Source: Eledone cirrhosa | Taxonomy: Eukaryota | NCBI GenBank assembly: GCA_964016885.1 | Contig: OZ024741.1 | Coordinates: 333,002,001 to 333,066,000, forward strand | Reading direction: 5' to 3' | Length of the DNA: 64,000 nt | Shown here: in pieces, positions 42,215 to 54,266 of the stretch | Layout of the letters: each line of letters opens with the position of its first letter | How positions within the stretch are numbered: position 1 is the first letter of the stretch | The notes under the pieces: model-generated | Seen by the model: only the letters and a program-made list of their open reading frames with translations | Databases searched by the model: none | Told to the model about the DNA's origin: nothing | Program-made: the position numbers and the translations under genes

Positions 42215-42258
42215 ACTGTCCTGATGAGAACCGGAAGCTTGAAATGCACATAGACAGT
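42215..42258 (+). ncRNA. Type I hammerhead ribozyme
   Basis: actgtc-CTGATGA-gaac cggaa gctt-GAAA-t gcac a-TA-gacagt. Perfect 6-bp stem I. Confidence 0.85.
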
Positions 42259-42445
42259 TATCTCCTGCTGCTTCTGCTGGAATCCACTAAACGGCGCTGG
42301 CTGTCAGCCTTTCAATATTCATAGCTGGACTTTTGAAACATTTTTATTTATTAGATATACCATATATCTTTAGATATATGAAATTCACATACATGTGTGT
42401 ATATATATATATATATATATATGTATATAGGTGTATATATGTATA

Positions 42446-42482
<37 letters not shown>

Positions 42483-42486
<4 letters not shown>

Positions 42487-43973
42487 TCATCATCATCATC
42501 ATCATCAACGTTTAACGTCCGTGTTCCACGCTTGCATGGGTTTGGACGGGGGTAGTCCCACTTGAGGCAAGAGTGATTGTCTTGCTCGCATAGGACTGTC
42601 TGGCAGGTTTTCTACAGTTGGATGCCCTTCCTAACACCAACCACATTTACAGTGTGGGTCTGGGAGGTTTTTACCGTGTTGCCTACACGGCCACATTACA
42701 GCGTGGACTGTGTGTTTTTTTGTCGTGACACCTACACGATCTCATTTGTTTCGGCCTCGATGGCGCGGCACCAACATAACTTTACATAGAACGGGGTGGT
42801 GTGGATCGGGTGGGGGTGGGGGTGGTGGGACGGGGTGTATTTTGTTAGAGATGCCTACTGGCTGGAGTAGGTTTTACTATATATTTAGGTAAGGCGGGTC
42901 TTCTCTGTTACTGAGTACCGCCAAAGGTCTCGGTCCAGTGACATTGTCTTGGAGAGGTGTAAGTGTGTGATGTCGGAGTTTATCAGCTCGTCCCAGGTTT
43001 TTCTAGGTCTGCCTATTCCGTGACTACCGTCTATCTTTATTGCCCTGCACTTTGTTATACAGCTATCGACTTTCATGCGCATCACGTGTCCATACCAACG
43101 TAGCCTTCTCTCGAGTAAACAACATCTGATCCCTCTTATCTCTAATTTTTTCCTTAGTTCGTTTATGCTTTGCCATTCACGTATATTACTGTTACACATC
43201 CAGCGGAGCATGCAAGCTTCGTTCCTCTCTAGTCTGCGTATATCCTCTGCACACAATGCCCAGGTCTCACTGCCATGCAGCATTGCTGTTCGTATGCAGG
43301 CATCGTACAACCTGCCTTTCATTTTTAGTGAGAACCCTTTAGCAGCTAATAGTGGTATAAGCTCTCTGAACTTTTTCCAACCAGTTCTGACTCTAGCTAC
43401 AGTACTTTCAGAGCACCCTCCCCCACTGCTGATTTTATCGCCCAGGTAACGGAAGCTGTCCACTATTTCTATAGAACCCTCTGCGCAATTGATAGAGCTA
43501 GTAGTTTGTGGGCACTTGCTGCTACTTATTGCACCAGAGCACCGGCCACATGTAAAATCTATGTTCTTAGTTAGCTTACCTGTGATCCCACTACATCTTT
43601 TATGCACCCATACTTTGCATTTAGGACATAAAATGGAGTTTCTACCTACGCCTTTCCTACACACCGAGCACGACCATTTCCCAGAAGGGACCGCCGCCTT
43701 GTTTTCTTTCCTACAAACTAGTACTTTGGTCTTAGCCAGGTTAATTTTAAGTCCTTTTGACTCTAGGCCGTGCTTCCATGTTTGGAATTTCTTCTCTAGC
43801 TCGGCCATTGATTCCGCTATGAGTGTCAGGTCGTCTGCGTATAGGAGTTCCCATGGGCAGCCTGTCTTGAACTCCTCTGTTATAGCCTGAAGGGCAATAA
43901 TAAATAGTAGTGGACTGAGAACAGAGCCCTGATGGACGCCAACTTTTACGCTAAACTCTTCACTATATTCGTT
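42483..43973 (-). mobile_element. Young RTE LINE, 5'-truncated (RT C-terminus, PHD-like finger, 3' UTR, (GAT)n)
   Basis: Open frame GVHQGSVLSP..LLYADD..FRYLG..RLRWYGHV..GRPRKTW to the stop at 42885. Confidence 0.95.
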
Positions 43974-43987
43974 ATATATATATATAT

Positions 43988-44339
43988 ATCATCATCATCA
44001 TCATCATCATTTCATTTTACGTCCGCTTTTTCCCTGCTTGCAAGGGTGGGATGGGAACTGATTCTGGCTTTATTTCTACAGCTGGATGCCCTTCCTAACA
44101 CCAACCTCATTTACAGTGAGGGCTGGGTGCTTTTTTTGCCGTGGCACCTCCACAACCACTTTGCAGTGGAATGATAGAGACCCCAGTCTCTATCATCTCA
44201 TTTTTACAGCTGAGTAAACTGGAGCAATGGGAAATAAAGTGTCTTGCTCAAGGAAACAACACATCACCCGGTCTGAGAATTGAACTCACAACCTTTCGAT
44301 TGCAAGGCCAATGCTCTAACCACTAAGCCATGTGCCTCC
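43988..44339 (-). mobile_element. SINE family A copy
   Basis: Reverse complement of 21059-21443. Confidence 0.9.
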
Positions 44340-44398
44340 ATTAATATATATATATATACAATATTAACAAATGGAAACTATATTTATAAAACCATATT

Positions 44399-44463
44399 TA
44401 TTTCATTATACATATTTCAAGGACAGCAAGTTAAATTATGGTGTGCTTTCATCAGACAAAATA
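44399..44463 (-). ncRNA. Hammerhead ribozyme, left arm of palindrome 44358-44712
   Basis: Mirror image of 44607-44671. Confidence 0.75.
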
Positions 44464-44606
44464 TAATATAGATCAGTTTTATAAATAAATATTGACATAC
44501 CCTTAAAAATGCAACCATTACTGTTTGAAGCTCTGGGAGCTTCCGACAGTAATGGTTGCATTTTTAAGGGTATGTCAATATTTATTTATAAAACTTATCT
44601 ATATTA

Positions 44607-44671
44607 TATTTTGTCTGATGAAAGCAGACCATAATTTAACTTGCTGTCCTTGAAATATGTATAATGAAATA
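44607..44671 (+). ncRNA. Hammerhead ribozyme, right arm of the palindrome
   Basis: tattttgt-CTGATGA-aag...ctt-GAAA-tatgta-TA-atgaaata; stem I includes two G-U pairs. Confidence 0.75.
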
Positions 44672-44798
44672 AATATGGTTTTATAAATATAGTTTCCATT
44701 TGTTAATATCGTATGTTTACTCCAAATACTTGTTGAGTGCTTTATATCAGTTATAAAAATATTTGCTTGTTGTATCCCAACAATTTAAATAGAACTTT

Positions 44799-44839
<41 letters not shown>

Positions 44840-44987
44840 ATGCTTTGGGAGGGTCATGTTGCCAATAAGAAACACACGCACCAGTTGCTTTCACTTCAAT
44901 TTATTATAAATTAAATTTATAAATTTAGGAATATATAAATTTCCGGTTGGCTGGCTGGTTCCACAACCAGACGATTGTTCATATATC

Positions 44988-45030
44988 GTCAACGTTCTTT
45001 CGTCACACATTTTGTGACCTCTTCAGTGAC
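44988..45030 (-). ncRNA. Hammerhead ribozyme in left pLTR (U16.1 appears mutated)
   Basis: Minus strand: gtca-CTGAAGA-ggtcac aaaatgt gtgac-GAAA-gaac gt-tgac. Confidence 0.65.
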
Positions 45031-46167
45031 TGGGGATTATTTTCTTTGTTTTTGTGCCTCTCTTTTGTTCTGTCCTATGCCATCTTGTTTCTGTGTGTGT
45101 TGTGTGCTTAGTTTGCACATGTGTTACATCCGGGTGTCTGTGTGTGTTTATATTTGTTTATTTCTTTGTTTATTTACATGTTACTGGTTGGTTGTTTGTT
45201 CTATGTGTGTGTATGTTTTCATTTTGTCCTTAATTGTAAGTTGTGATGTTGCTGTTCCATTCATGTTTTCTATTTAATTTTGGTTGGAGTTCATTTATGT
45301 TTATTGCCTCTGTGATTTGTCTAAACATTGAGTCTTTTCTGTGTGTAGATTCTATTTTTATTTCTATGTTCTCTAATTTACCCTTATATTCTATTTTAGC
45401 ATGTTCATGGAGTACAGATGATTCTTTACTATCTTGAAGCTCTCGCCAGTGTACATTTATCCGTTCCCCTATACTACGAGCTGTCTCACCTATGTACACT
45501 ATATTCTTATTTCTACATTGTCCTTCAGTACATCTTATGCTATATACTACATTTCTAGTTTTACAGTTAATATGGGGGCTTAGTTTACAGATTATACATT
45601 TCTTATTTATAGAGGAAGGTCTTTGAAAAGGGTATGTATTGCTAATAAGTGTTTTTATAGAGGTACCTGGTCTTTCTACTATCTTAATATTGAGTTTATG
45701 TTTACCTTGGGCCCTTCTAAATTTGTAAGCTAATTCACCTCTAGGGGTTGTATCGATGAACATTAGACTCTGGTGTTTATTGCTATCATATCATGAGTTT
45801 ATGCTATTAACCTTATTCCTAGTTCTTTCTATTCTATTCCAAAATTTGCTCCTTTACAAGGGGCAGGTCCCATTTGTATCATTATCAGAGGCAATAAACA
45901 TAAATGAACTCCAACCAAAATTAAATCGAAAACATGAATGGAACAGCAACATCACAACTTACAATTAAGGACAAAATGAAAACACACACACACATAGAAC
46001 AAACAACCAACCAGTAACATGTAAATAAACAAATAAATAAACAAATATAAACACACACAGACGCCCGGATGTAACACATGCGCAAACTAAGCACACAACA
46101 CACACAAGAACAAGATGGCGTAGGACAGAACAAAGGAGAGGCACAAAAACAAAGAAAATAATCCCCA

Positions 46168-46210
46168 GTCACTGAAGAGGTCACAAAATGTGTGACGAAA
46201 GAACTTTGAC
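46168..46210 (+). ncRNA. Hammerhead ribozyme in right pLTR
   Basis: gtca-CTGAAGA-g gtcac aaaatgt gtgac-GAAA-g aa c-TT-tgac. Confidence 0.75.
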
Positions 46211-46448
46211 GATATATGAACAATCGTCTGGTTGTGGAACCAACCAGCAAACCGGAAATTTATAAATTCCTAGATTTATAAATTTAATTTATAATAAATT
46301 GAAGTGAAAGCAAATGGTGCGTGTGTTTTTTATTGGCAACATGACCCTCCCAAAGCATAACAATATTGGTTTCAACACACTTTTTCAGATAAACAATCTT
46401 GCTAAACAAAATCAGAAACGAAAGAAATATATATATATATTTCGTTTC

Positions 46449-46503
<55 letters not shown>

Positions 46504-46537
46504 TAACAAATGGAAACTATATTTATAAAACCATATT

Positions 46538-46603
46538 TATTTCATTATACATATTTCAAGGGCCACCAAGGCAAACTATGGTGCGGTTTCATCAGATAAA
46601 ATA
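46538..46603 (-). ncRNA. Hammerhead ribozyme, 44607 family
   Basis: Minus strand: tattttat-CTGATGA-aaccgcacc...ggtggccctt-GAAA-tatgta-TA-atgaaata. Confidence 0.7.
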
Positions 46604-47044
46604 TTATATAGGTTAGTTTTATAAATAAATATTGACATACCCTGAAAAAATGCAACCATTCTGGTTGGAATCTCCTTGAAATATGTATAATGAAATAAAT
46701 ATGGTTTTATAAATATAGTTTCCATTTGTTAATATATTGTATATTTATTCCAATAATTTGTTGAGTGCTTTATATCAGTTATAAAAATATTTTGCTTGTT
46801 GTATCCCAACAAATTAAATATAACCTCTGCGATGAAATACCCATGATCGTTTGGTAAATCACTGATGAGGGACTCATTTTATAACATGTTATCCATGTGC
46901 AACCAGCAGTATTCTTCTCACCCATATTTTTCATATATATATATATATATAAAATTGTTAAACAATATTCAATGATTATGTCAAAGAATGAGTTTTACAG
47001 TAGAAAAAATTTTCTGGAGTTATTATATATATATATATATATAT

Positions 47045-47995
47045 ATCAGCAGTGGGGGAGGGTGCTCTGAAAGTACTGTAGCTAGAGTCAGAACTGGTTG
47101 GAAAAAGTTCAGAGAGCTTATACCACTATTAGCTGCTAAAGGGTTCTCACTAAAAATGAAAGGCAGGTTGTACGATGCCTGCATACGAACAGCAATGCTG
47201 CATGGCAGTGAGACCTGGGCATTGTGTGCAGAGGATATACGCAGACTAGAGAGGAACGAAGCTTGCATGCTCCGCTGGATGTGTAACAGTAATATACGTG
47301 AACGGCAAAGCATAAACGAACTAAGGAAAAAATTAGAGATAAGAGGGATCAGATGTTGTTTACTCGAGAGAAGGCTACGTTGGTATGGACACGTGATGCG
47401 CATGAAAGTCGATAGCTGTATAACAAAGTGCAGGGCAATAAAGATAGACGGTAGTCACGGAATAGGCAGACCTAGAAAAACCTGGGACGAGCTGATAAAC
47501 TCCGACATCACACACTTACACCTCTCCAAGACAATGTCACTGGACCGAGACCTTTGGCGGTACTCAGTAACAGAGAAGACCCGCCTTACCTAAATATATA
47601 GTAAAACCTACTCCAGCCAGTAGGCATCTCTAACAAAATACACCCCGTCCCACCACCACCACCCCCACCCGATCCACACCACCCCATTCTATGTAAAGTT
47701 ATGTTGGTGCCGCGCCATCGAGGCCGAAACAAATGAGATCGTGTAGGTGTCACGACAAAAAAACACACAGTCCACGCTGTAATGTGGCCGTGTAGGCAAC
47801 ACGGTAAAAACCTCCCAGACCCACACTGTAAATGTGGTTGGTGTTAGGAAGGGCATCCAACTGTAGAAAACCTGCCAGACAGTCCTATGCGAGCAAGACA
47901 ATCACTCTTGCCTCAAGTGGGACTACCCCCGTCCAAACCCATGCAAGCGTGGAACACGGACGTTAAACGTTGATGATGATGATGATGATGATGAT
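47045..47995 (+). mobile_element. Young RTE LINE 3' part
   Basis: Almost identical to the reverse complement of 42483-43432; inserted in (TA)n. Confidence 0.95.
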
Positions 47996-48062
47996 ATATA
48001 TATATATATATTATATATATATATATATATTATATATATATATATTATATATATTATATATA

Positions 48063-48107
<45 letters not shown>

Positions 48108-48123
48108 ATATATATATAATATA

Positions 48124-48197
<74 letters not shown>

Positions 48198-48467
48198 ACT
48201 CCAGAAAATTTGTTCTACTGTAAAACTCATTCTTTGACATAATCATTGAATATTGTTTATATATATGTCCTCTCAATCGGTTAATAGTACGGCAACTGGG
48301 ATAAGTACCAGACTAGCTGTTCAAATGGCAAGAGCAGACTCTTTATAATATAGCCACACTCTACTACCCCAAGTATTGAGTACATTGTTTAGTAATGGTC
48401 TAACTAGATTTAAACTGATTCTATCCTGATTTATATATATACATACATATATATATATACACACACA

Positions 48468-51190
48468 CATCATCATCATCATTTTACGTCCACTTTTCCC
48501 TGCTTGCCAGGGTGGGACGGGTCCTATTCAGCACAGCATCTCCTCACTTGTCACGGTCCTTCGTCATCTCCACCGTGAGCTTCAGCAATCTGCGGTCTGC
48601 TCTCACCACCTCCGCCCATGTTTTTTGTGGTCTTCCTCTACTACATCTTCCTTCAACTGGCATTTCTTGGCACTTCTTCACCCATCGGTCATCCTCCATG
48701 TGCATCACATATCCATACCATCACAGTCTCCTCTTCTGCACACAACAATTTATCCCTCTCAGACACAGTTTCTCTCTCAACACATCCATCCTCGGCTGTT
48801 CACTTCTATAGCACCCACCTGCATTTGAAAAATATATCTATCAATGCGACTTCTACTGTCAAATTTCCCTCTACATCTACTGCATACGTATTTCTCCCTA
48901 CCTGTTAGTTTGCCTGCTACCCCACTACATCTATTGTGTACCCAAGACCTGCATTGTGTACATTTTATAGAATTTATGCATTCCTTTTCTGCATATCAAA
49001 CATGGCCATTTCCCTGGTGGAATCAGAGTTTTGTCCTCTTTTCTACTCGTCAACACTTTTGTCTTAGCTAGGTTCACTCTCAGTCCTCTTGCTTCCAACT
49101 GCTGTTTCCATAGCCAGAATTTATTCTCCAGCTTGTCTACTGATTCAGCTATAAGAACCAGTTCGTCAGCATAGAGAAGTTCCCATGGACAGCCAGTCTT
49201 AAACTCCTCTGTTATGGCTTGGAGGACTATAATGAACAAGAGCAGCCTGAGGACTGAACCCTGATGTACTCCTACTTATATCTGGAATTCCTCACTAAAC
49301 TCCATTCGTACACTCACTTTACTGACAGCACCTCTGTACAAAGCTTGCAATGTCCTCATAAGCCATTCCTCAACACCCAGCTTCCTTAGGGACCACCAGA
49401 TGACAAATTGGGGTATCCTATCAAAGGCCTTCTCTAGGTCAACAAAAGCTAAGTATAGTGGCTTATTCTTCTCTAAGAATCTCTCTTGTAATTGTCTCAC
49501 TAAGAAGAGGGCATCTGTTGTACTTTTCTCAGGCACAAAACCAAACTGCATCTCATCTAGTTTGACCCTTTCTCTAATTAGTTGCGCTAATATCCTTTCT
49601 GCCACTTTCATGACTTGATCCATCAGTTTTATGCCCCTATAATTACTCCTCTCCAGAGCATCCCCTTTCCCTTTGTAGCAATTTATGAGAATACTGCTGC
49701 ACCAGTCTTTGGGAATGACACCACCATATAAAGCCTGATTGTTGATGCGCGCATCCAGTTTAGTGCCTATGTCCCCTGATGCCTTCAGCTCAGCAACTAT
49801 CCCCGACGGTCCAATGGCTTTACCATTTTTCATTTCTTTAATCACTTCTTTGACCCTATATTTGACAATCTCAATAGCTGGTCCCTCTGTCAGATCTACT
49901 GGAGGTAATTTCTCATTCTACCATTCGTTCTCTCACATTCATCAGTCTCTCATAATGACATTTCCAGGCCTCCTTTTTCTGATCATTCCAGACACATCTA
50001 TCTCCAACAACATCCTAATTTGCATTGACACACTGCCTTGTAATGCGGAACACTGCACGTCTCTGATGTTCCCGTTGCAGAACATTGGCAAACCTCCCAC
50101 TCTCAGCCACCGTGTGTGCTAAGTACACCTGACGTCTAGCTTCTCTCTTAGCGGCTGTATATCCTTCTCTACTCCCACCATTTTCCCAAGCATTCCATGC
50201 TAGTCTTTTGTCGCTAATGGCCCTATCTACCATGCTGTTTCACCACCAGGTTACTCTGTCTGGTTGGAGCTCTGCTCCAGCCACAAGTTTCATCAGTAGC
50301 CTGCAGTAAGTTGTCATGTAAGAAATTCCAGTTATCATCTATGTCATATGACTCTAAATCGTCTTCTTTTTCGTCATACACATCTTGAAGGGCTTTCCTA
50401 AATTTGTATTTTAGGGAAAGGTCTTTTAACTTCCAGAGCTTTCTTTTCCACACCTTCCTGTATGTCTCATTCCATTTCCTGCTTACTGCGATATCACTAA
50501 CGACTAACCTATGCTGTGGGGTACATTCTTTCCTGGGGTTTGCCTTGGTATTTGACACCATCTGTCTGTCCCACTCCCTAACTAGCAAGAAGTCAATCTG
50601 CCTTATGTGCTCGCCTCATTTGTAGGTTATTAAGTGGTTGGCAGGTTTCTGGAAGTTAGTGTTGTAAATGGTTAGTGCACTTGCATCACAAAATTCAAGA
50701 AGTCTCACTCCTTCTTCATTTCTTGAGCCGTAACCATGCCTACCATGTATCCCAGTGTAACTATCCTGGAGCTGTCCATTGAAGTCCCCTGCTAGCATAA
50801 CGATGTCTCCGTCCTCTGCCATTGCAGCTGTTTGTAAAAGTTGCTCGTAAAAGCAGTCTTTCTCTTATTTACCTAGGCCTGCCTAGGGAGCATAGGCAGA
50901 GATGATTGTCAGTAGTCTCCTACCTACAACTAATCTAAGCTTACTTATTCTATTACTAACTCGAACTACCTCTATTGTCTTATCGATCCATCTCTCAGCC
51001 AGGAAAATGTCTACTCCCCCTAACCCATCATCATTACCCATCCAGAAAAGTTTATAAGTAAGATGTTTGCCTGCGATTAGTCTTGCAGAGGCACCTCTCC
51101 ATCTCACCTCTTCCACGCAGCACACATCCACATGCCTTCTCACCAGCATCTCCACTATTTCACCAGATCTACCTGTGAGAGTGCCAACTG
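48468..51190 (-). pseudogene. Near full-length but disrupted RTE LINE (APE endonuclease plus RT)
   Basis: VGTLTGRSGE, EVRWRG, ISAYAP, GDFNG, QHRLVV, YRGIKL, QFGF, FVDLEKAFD, LLYADE; broken by frameshifts and a deletion. Confidence 0.92.
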
Positions 51191-52194
51191 AGATGTGACG
51201 TCTTCATATTCTTGTTCCTTTTCCTGTTCCTGTAGTGTGATTGCTCGATGACGGTTGGGGGGGGGGCTTCTTGCCCATGGCCTCACCAGCCACTGCGCAG
51301 CCCTAACATGGTTAGTGCTATTGCAGTTGATGCAGTTGTTGCAATTCTCAATTGTTGTGCTCATAGTTTTTGGCAGTAGCATATATACTGGTTGGATGCC
51401 CTTCCTAGCACCAGCACCACTTTACAGCATGGACTGGGTGCTTTTATTCGTGCCACCAACACTAGAGAGGATGTCTTACTGGACTCAGGAGCCCTTTCTA
51501 CCCCTCCATTTTACAGCATGGACTAGGTGCTTTTATTCGTACCACAGCACTAAGGAAGTTGTCTTACTGGACTTAGGGGACTTCTCTACCCCGCACCAAT
51601 TTATTCGGAGGGGTAGCTCTCCTAGACAAGTTGCCTACATTATGGCTTACGGAGCCTCCGTCCACCCCTTGTCTGTTCTATGATATATTCACGAGGGAGT
51701 GGTTAGGATACAGCACTAGGCATATATACCAAATGTGGTGGAGGTGGGGCAGTTCACCCAACTGGGAAGTGAGGACCATAATGGCTTATACATACAATTT
51801 TTAACACAGTTTATAAGTCACATATATATATATATACAACCCCTCTATGAAGCTCTCACAATCGTACAAGCCGTTACTATTTCAACATAATTTTGGAGAT
51901 ATAAAAAAATTAACACCTATCTTTACGAAGTGCACAGACAGTAAAGATTTTCACGGCACTCAGCATGTGTAGTGATAACGGAAATCCTGTGGCTTATACA
52001 TACAATTTTTATGTATGTATAAGCCACACATGCATATATATTTAAGTTAACAAGGAAAAATATAAAATAAGAACAATATAACAATACAAGATAGGTAGCT
52101 CAATATATTAGAGAGACACACACATATATATATATATATAGAAAGGATGAATATAAAATGAAAGTGCTTTTTTTAAAAAAAGGAATTTATTAGG

Positions 52195-52312
52195 TATTGA
52201 CATATGTTTCTGTAACAGACGGAATACCTATGTATCGCTGCTTGCGTAATCATATAATGTTAGCAAGTATTCAATAGCAAATGTATAATCAGTTGTCACT
52301 TCTTCAGAGATT
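52195..52312 (-). ncRNA. Hammerhead core with ~90-nt stem II downstream of a Naiad ORF
   Basis: Minus strand: CTGAAGA-agtgaca...tgttaca-GAAAC-ATAT-GTC. Stem III is palindromic (ACATATGT); stem I is not evident. Confidence 0.6.
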
Positions 52313-52779
52313 TTGGATAAATTGGATAAAATCAGAAAAATTGAAGTATTTATATTAGTAATAGAGGAAGAAACAGAGGGGATAGTATATGACAGATGTT
52401 AAATTAATTTACTTCTAAACAAGTATATAATGGGTTTCTAATGAGAATACCATGAGTAAATCTAAATAAGAATTTTGGAGTGCCAATTTTAATCTCTACT
52501 TGACCAACTGGACAGTGGACAGGGCTGGTCATTTGGTGCAGTAGTATTAATTATAAAGTGTCAATTGGGGAAGAGGGAGATTTCGATTGCTACTAAATAA
52601 CATCAATGCTAGTAGCCAGCTGGTATATGCATTAGGGAATTGAATCAAGAAATCAGAAATCTCATTTTATCTATAGCAGTTTGTATTATTTTTATATTTT
52701 TTGAAGAGTTGATAGAATTAAGACTAATAAAGAATGTTAATATCTATTTTGACAATCAAACGGGGATAGAGACAGGCGT

Positions 52780-53570
52780 TCAATCCTGGTAGTATTTATA
52801 ATATGAAAATGTAGATTTTAAGCGATGATTACAGTATAACGATCGCTCTATTCTGTTATTTAATAAAATGTTTTTGGATTTCATAATACAAAATAATTCT
52901 ACATTACATAATTTACAAAATTCCTGTCCATGGGAATATGGGGGGGGGGGGGGCAGCTGCTATTATATCCCATTTTAGGTGAAATTGTTGGTTATTTTCA
53001 CGCAGCTGCCAAGCCTTGTCTGCGAGTGTTGTTACATAACGCTGGTTTTCATATTTTATCGAGTAACGATGTCTATAAAGGCGTGATTTGAAGGAGGTGG
53101 CTGTAGATCCCACATAGTACCACTTCTGTCTATCCGATTCGATAGTACATTTTTATACGATGTTGCGTTCAAGACACTGATTGTTCAACGGACACATTCC
53201 TGGTTGGACACAGTTGCAATTATGATTTTGCGTTGTTGTATTGCCATGGATGGGTTGATGAGGTTGCTTATGTAGGACAGGATGTTGTTTGTTGTTTTGT
53301 GATGTTATAGCTAATGTTTTACGTGTATTGTTATGTGTTGGAAGGCGTTTATACAACCGTTTTGCGTTAAGCTTTTTTATATGTTGTTCAATATTAGGGG
53401 CGGTTGAATATGAAAGTCGAATAGTGTTAGGGTTTAAGATTTTATTATATTTATGTGATGTTGGAAAGTGTTTTTTAACTAATCGAAAGAATTTTGAGGG
53501 TAGATTGGTTTTAATAGAGTTGTTATAGACCGGGTTGTACCAAATATACTCCTTACATCGCCTTCTGTTT
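52780..53570 (-). mobile_element. Second Naiad-type Penelope family: linker plus GIY-YIG, disrupted
   Basis: WYNPVY, KYNKILNPNTIRLSYS, CNC..CPLNNQCL, IV*KC..YVGSTATSFKSR..H, KWDII, CKLC. TAA at 53153 and a poly-G frameshift; runs into the N gap. Confidence 0.9.
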
Positions 53571-53770
53571 NNNNNNNNNNNNNNNNNNNNNNNNNNNNNN
53601 NNNNNNNNNNNNNNNNNNNNNNNNNNNNNNNNNNNNNNNNNNNNNNNNNNNNNNNNNNNNNNNNNNNNNNNNNNNNNNNNNNNNNNNNNNNNNNNNNNNN
53701 NNNNNNNNNNNNNNNNNNNNNNNNNNNNNNNNNNNNNNNNNNNNNNNNNNNNNNNNNNNNNNNNNNNNNN
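53571..53770. other. Assembly gap (200 N)
   Basis: Run of n. Confidence 1.
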
Positions 53771-54045
53771 CAATACTGTACAATACTTATCCCTTTTGTT
53801 ACTGAAGAGTCATTGTCATCATCATCACAGTTTAATGTCTATTTTACATAATCTAATAGGTTAGACACGTTATCACATACTGAGGCTTGACTAGTCAGAT
53901 GACCATACCTAACTTGTATGATTTGTTTTAGGCTTGGTTTCTATAGCTGGATGTCCTGCCTAATGCCAAGCACTTTGTAGCATGTATAGGAAGCATTTTA
54001 TCATAACTCTGGCACTACTATTTTACATTTAATTGGTTCTGCTAA

Positions 54046-54266
54046 CCCTTTAGCATTCAAACCGGCTGTATCCGGTCAGATTTCTGTCGCCTCTTTCTGT
54101 TCAAACCGGCTGTAACTAGCCACTCATACTGATGTTAAGATATTGTTCTCAAATTAAATAATATCAAAATCTCATAGATTCAATATTATGCGAGATAATT
54201 ATGTAAGATAAAGCCTTTACCAAGAAAATACAATAGTATATATAGAGTAATGTAAATGCTAAACGG
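54046..54266. mobile_element. piggyBac-type MITE (opposite orientation)
   Basis: ccctttagcatt...aatgctaaacgg|TTAA. Confidence 0.8.

Larger units (their letters stand above)
44834..46425. mobile_element. Penelope-like (Neptune-type) element with inverted pLTRs
   Basis: GIY-YIG ORF 45230-45763(-): CIIC..CKTRNVVYSIRC..C..YIGETARS..ER..H...EAI..LNRKHEW. Inverted arms 44834-45313 and 45886-46364, each with an HHR. Confidence 0.9.

Noticed and set aside
43075-43890. Plus-strand ORFs overlapping the RTE (also 47023-47403 and 62507-62881)
   Set aside because: They are antisense shadows of the RTE reading frame.
46861-46880. ctgatgagggactc
   Set aside because: No downstream GAAA or UH; cannot be completed into a ribozyme.
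53153-53155. In-frame stop in the Naiad ORF as possible selenocysteine recoding (reported for some Naiads)
   Set aside because: The stop is TAA at a conserved Tyr position, not TGA at Cys. No in-frame TGA was seen in the other Naiad fragments and no SECIS was recognised.
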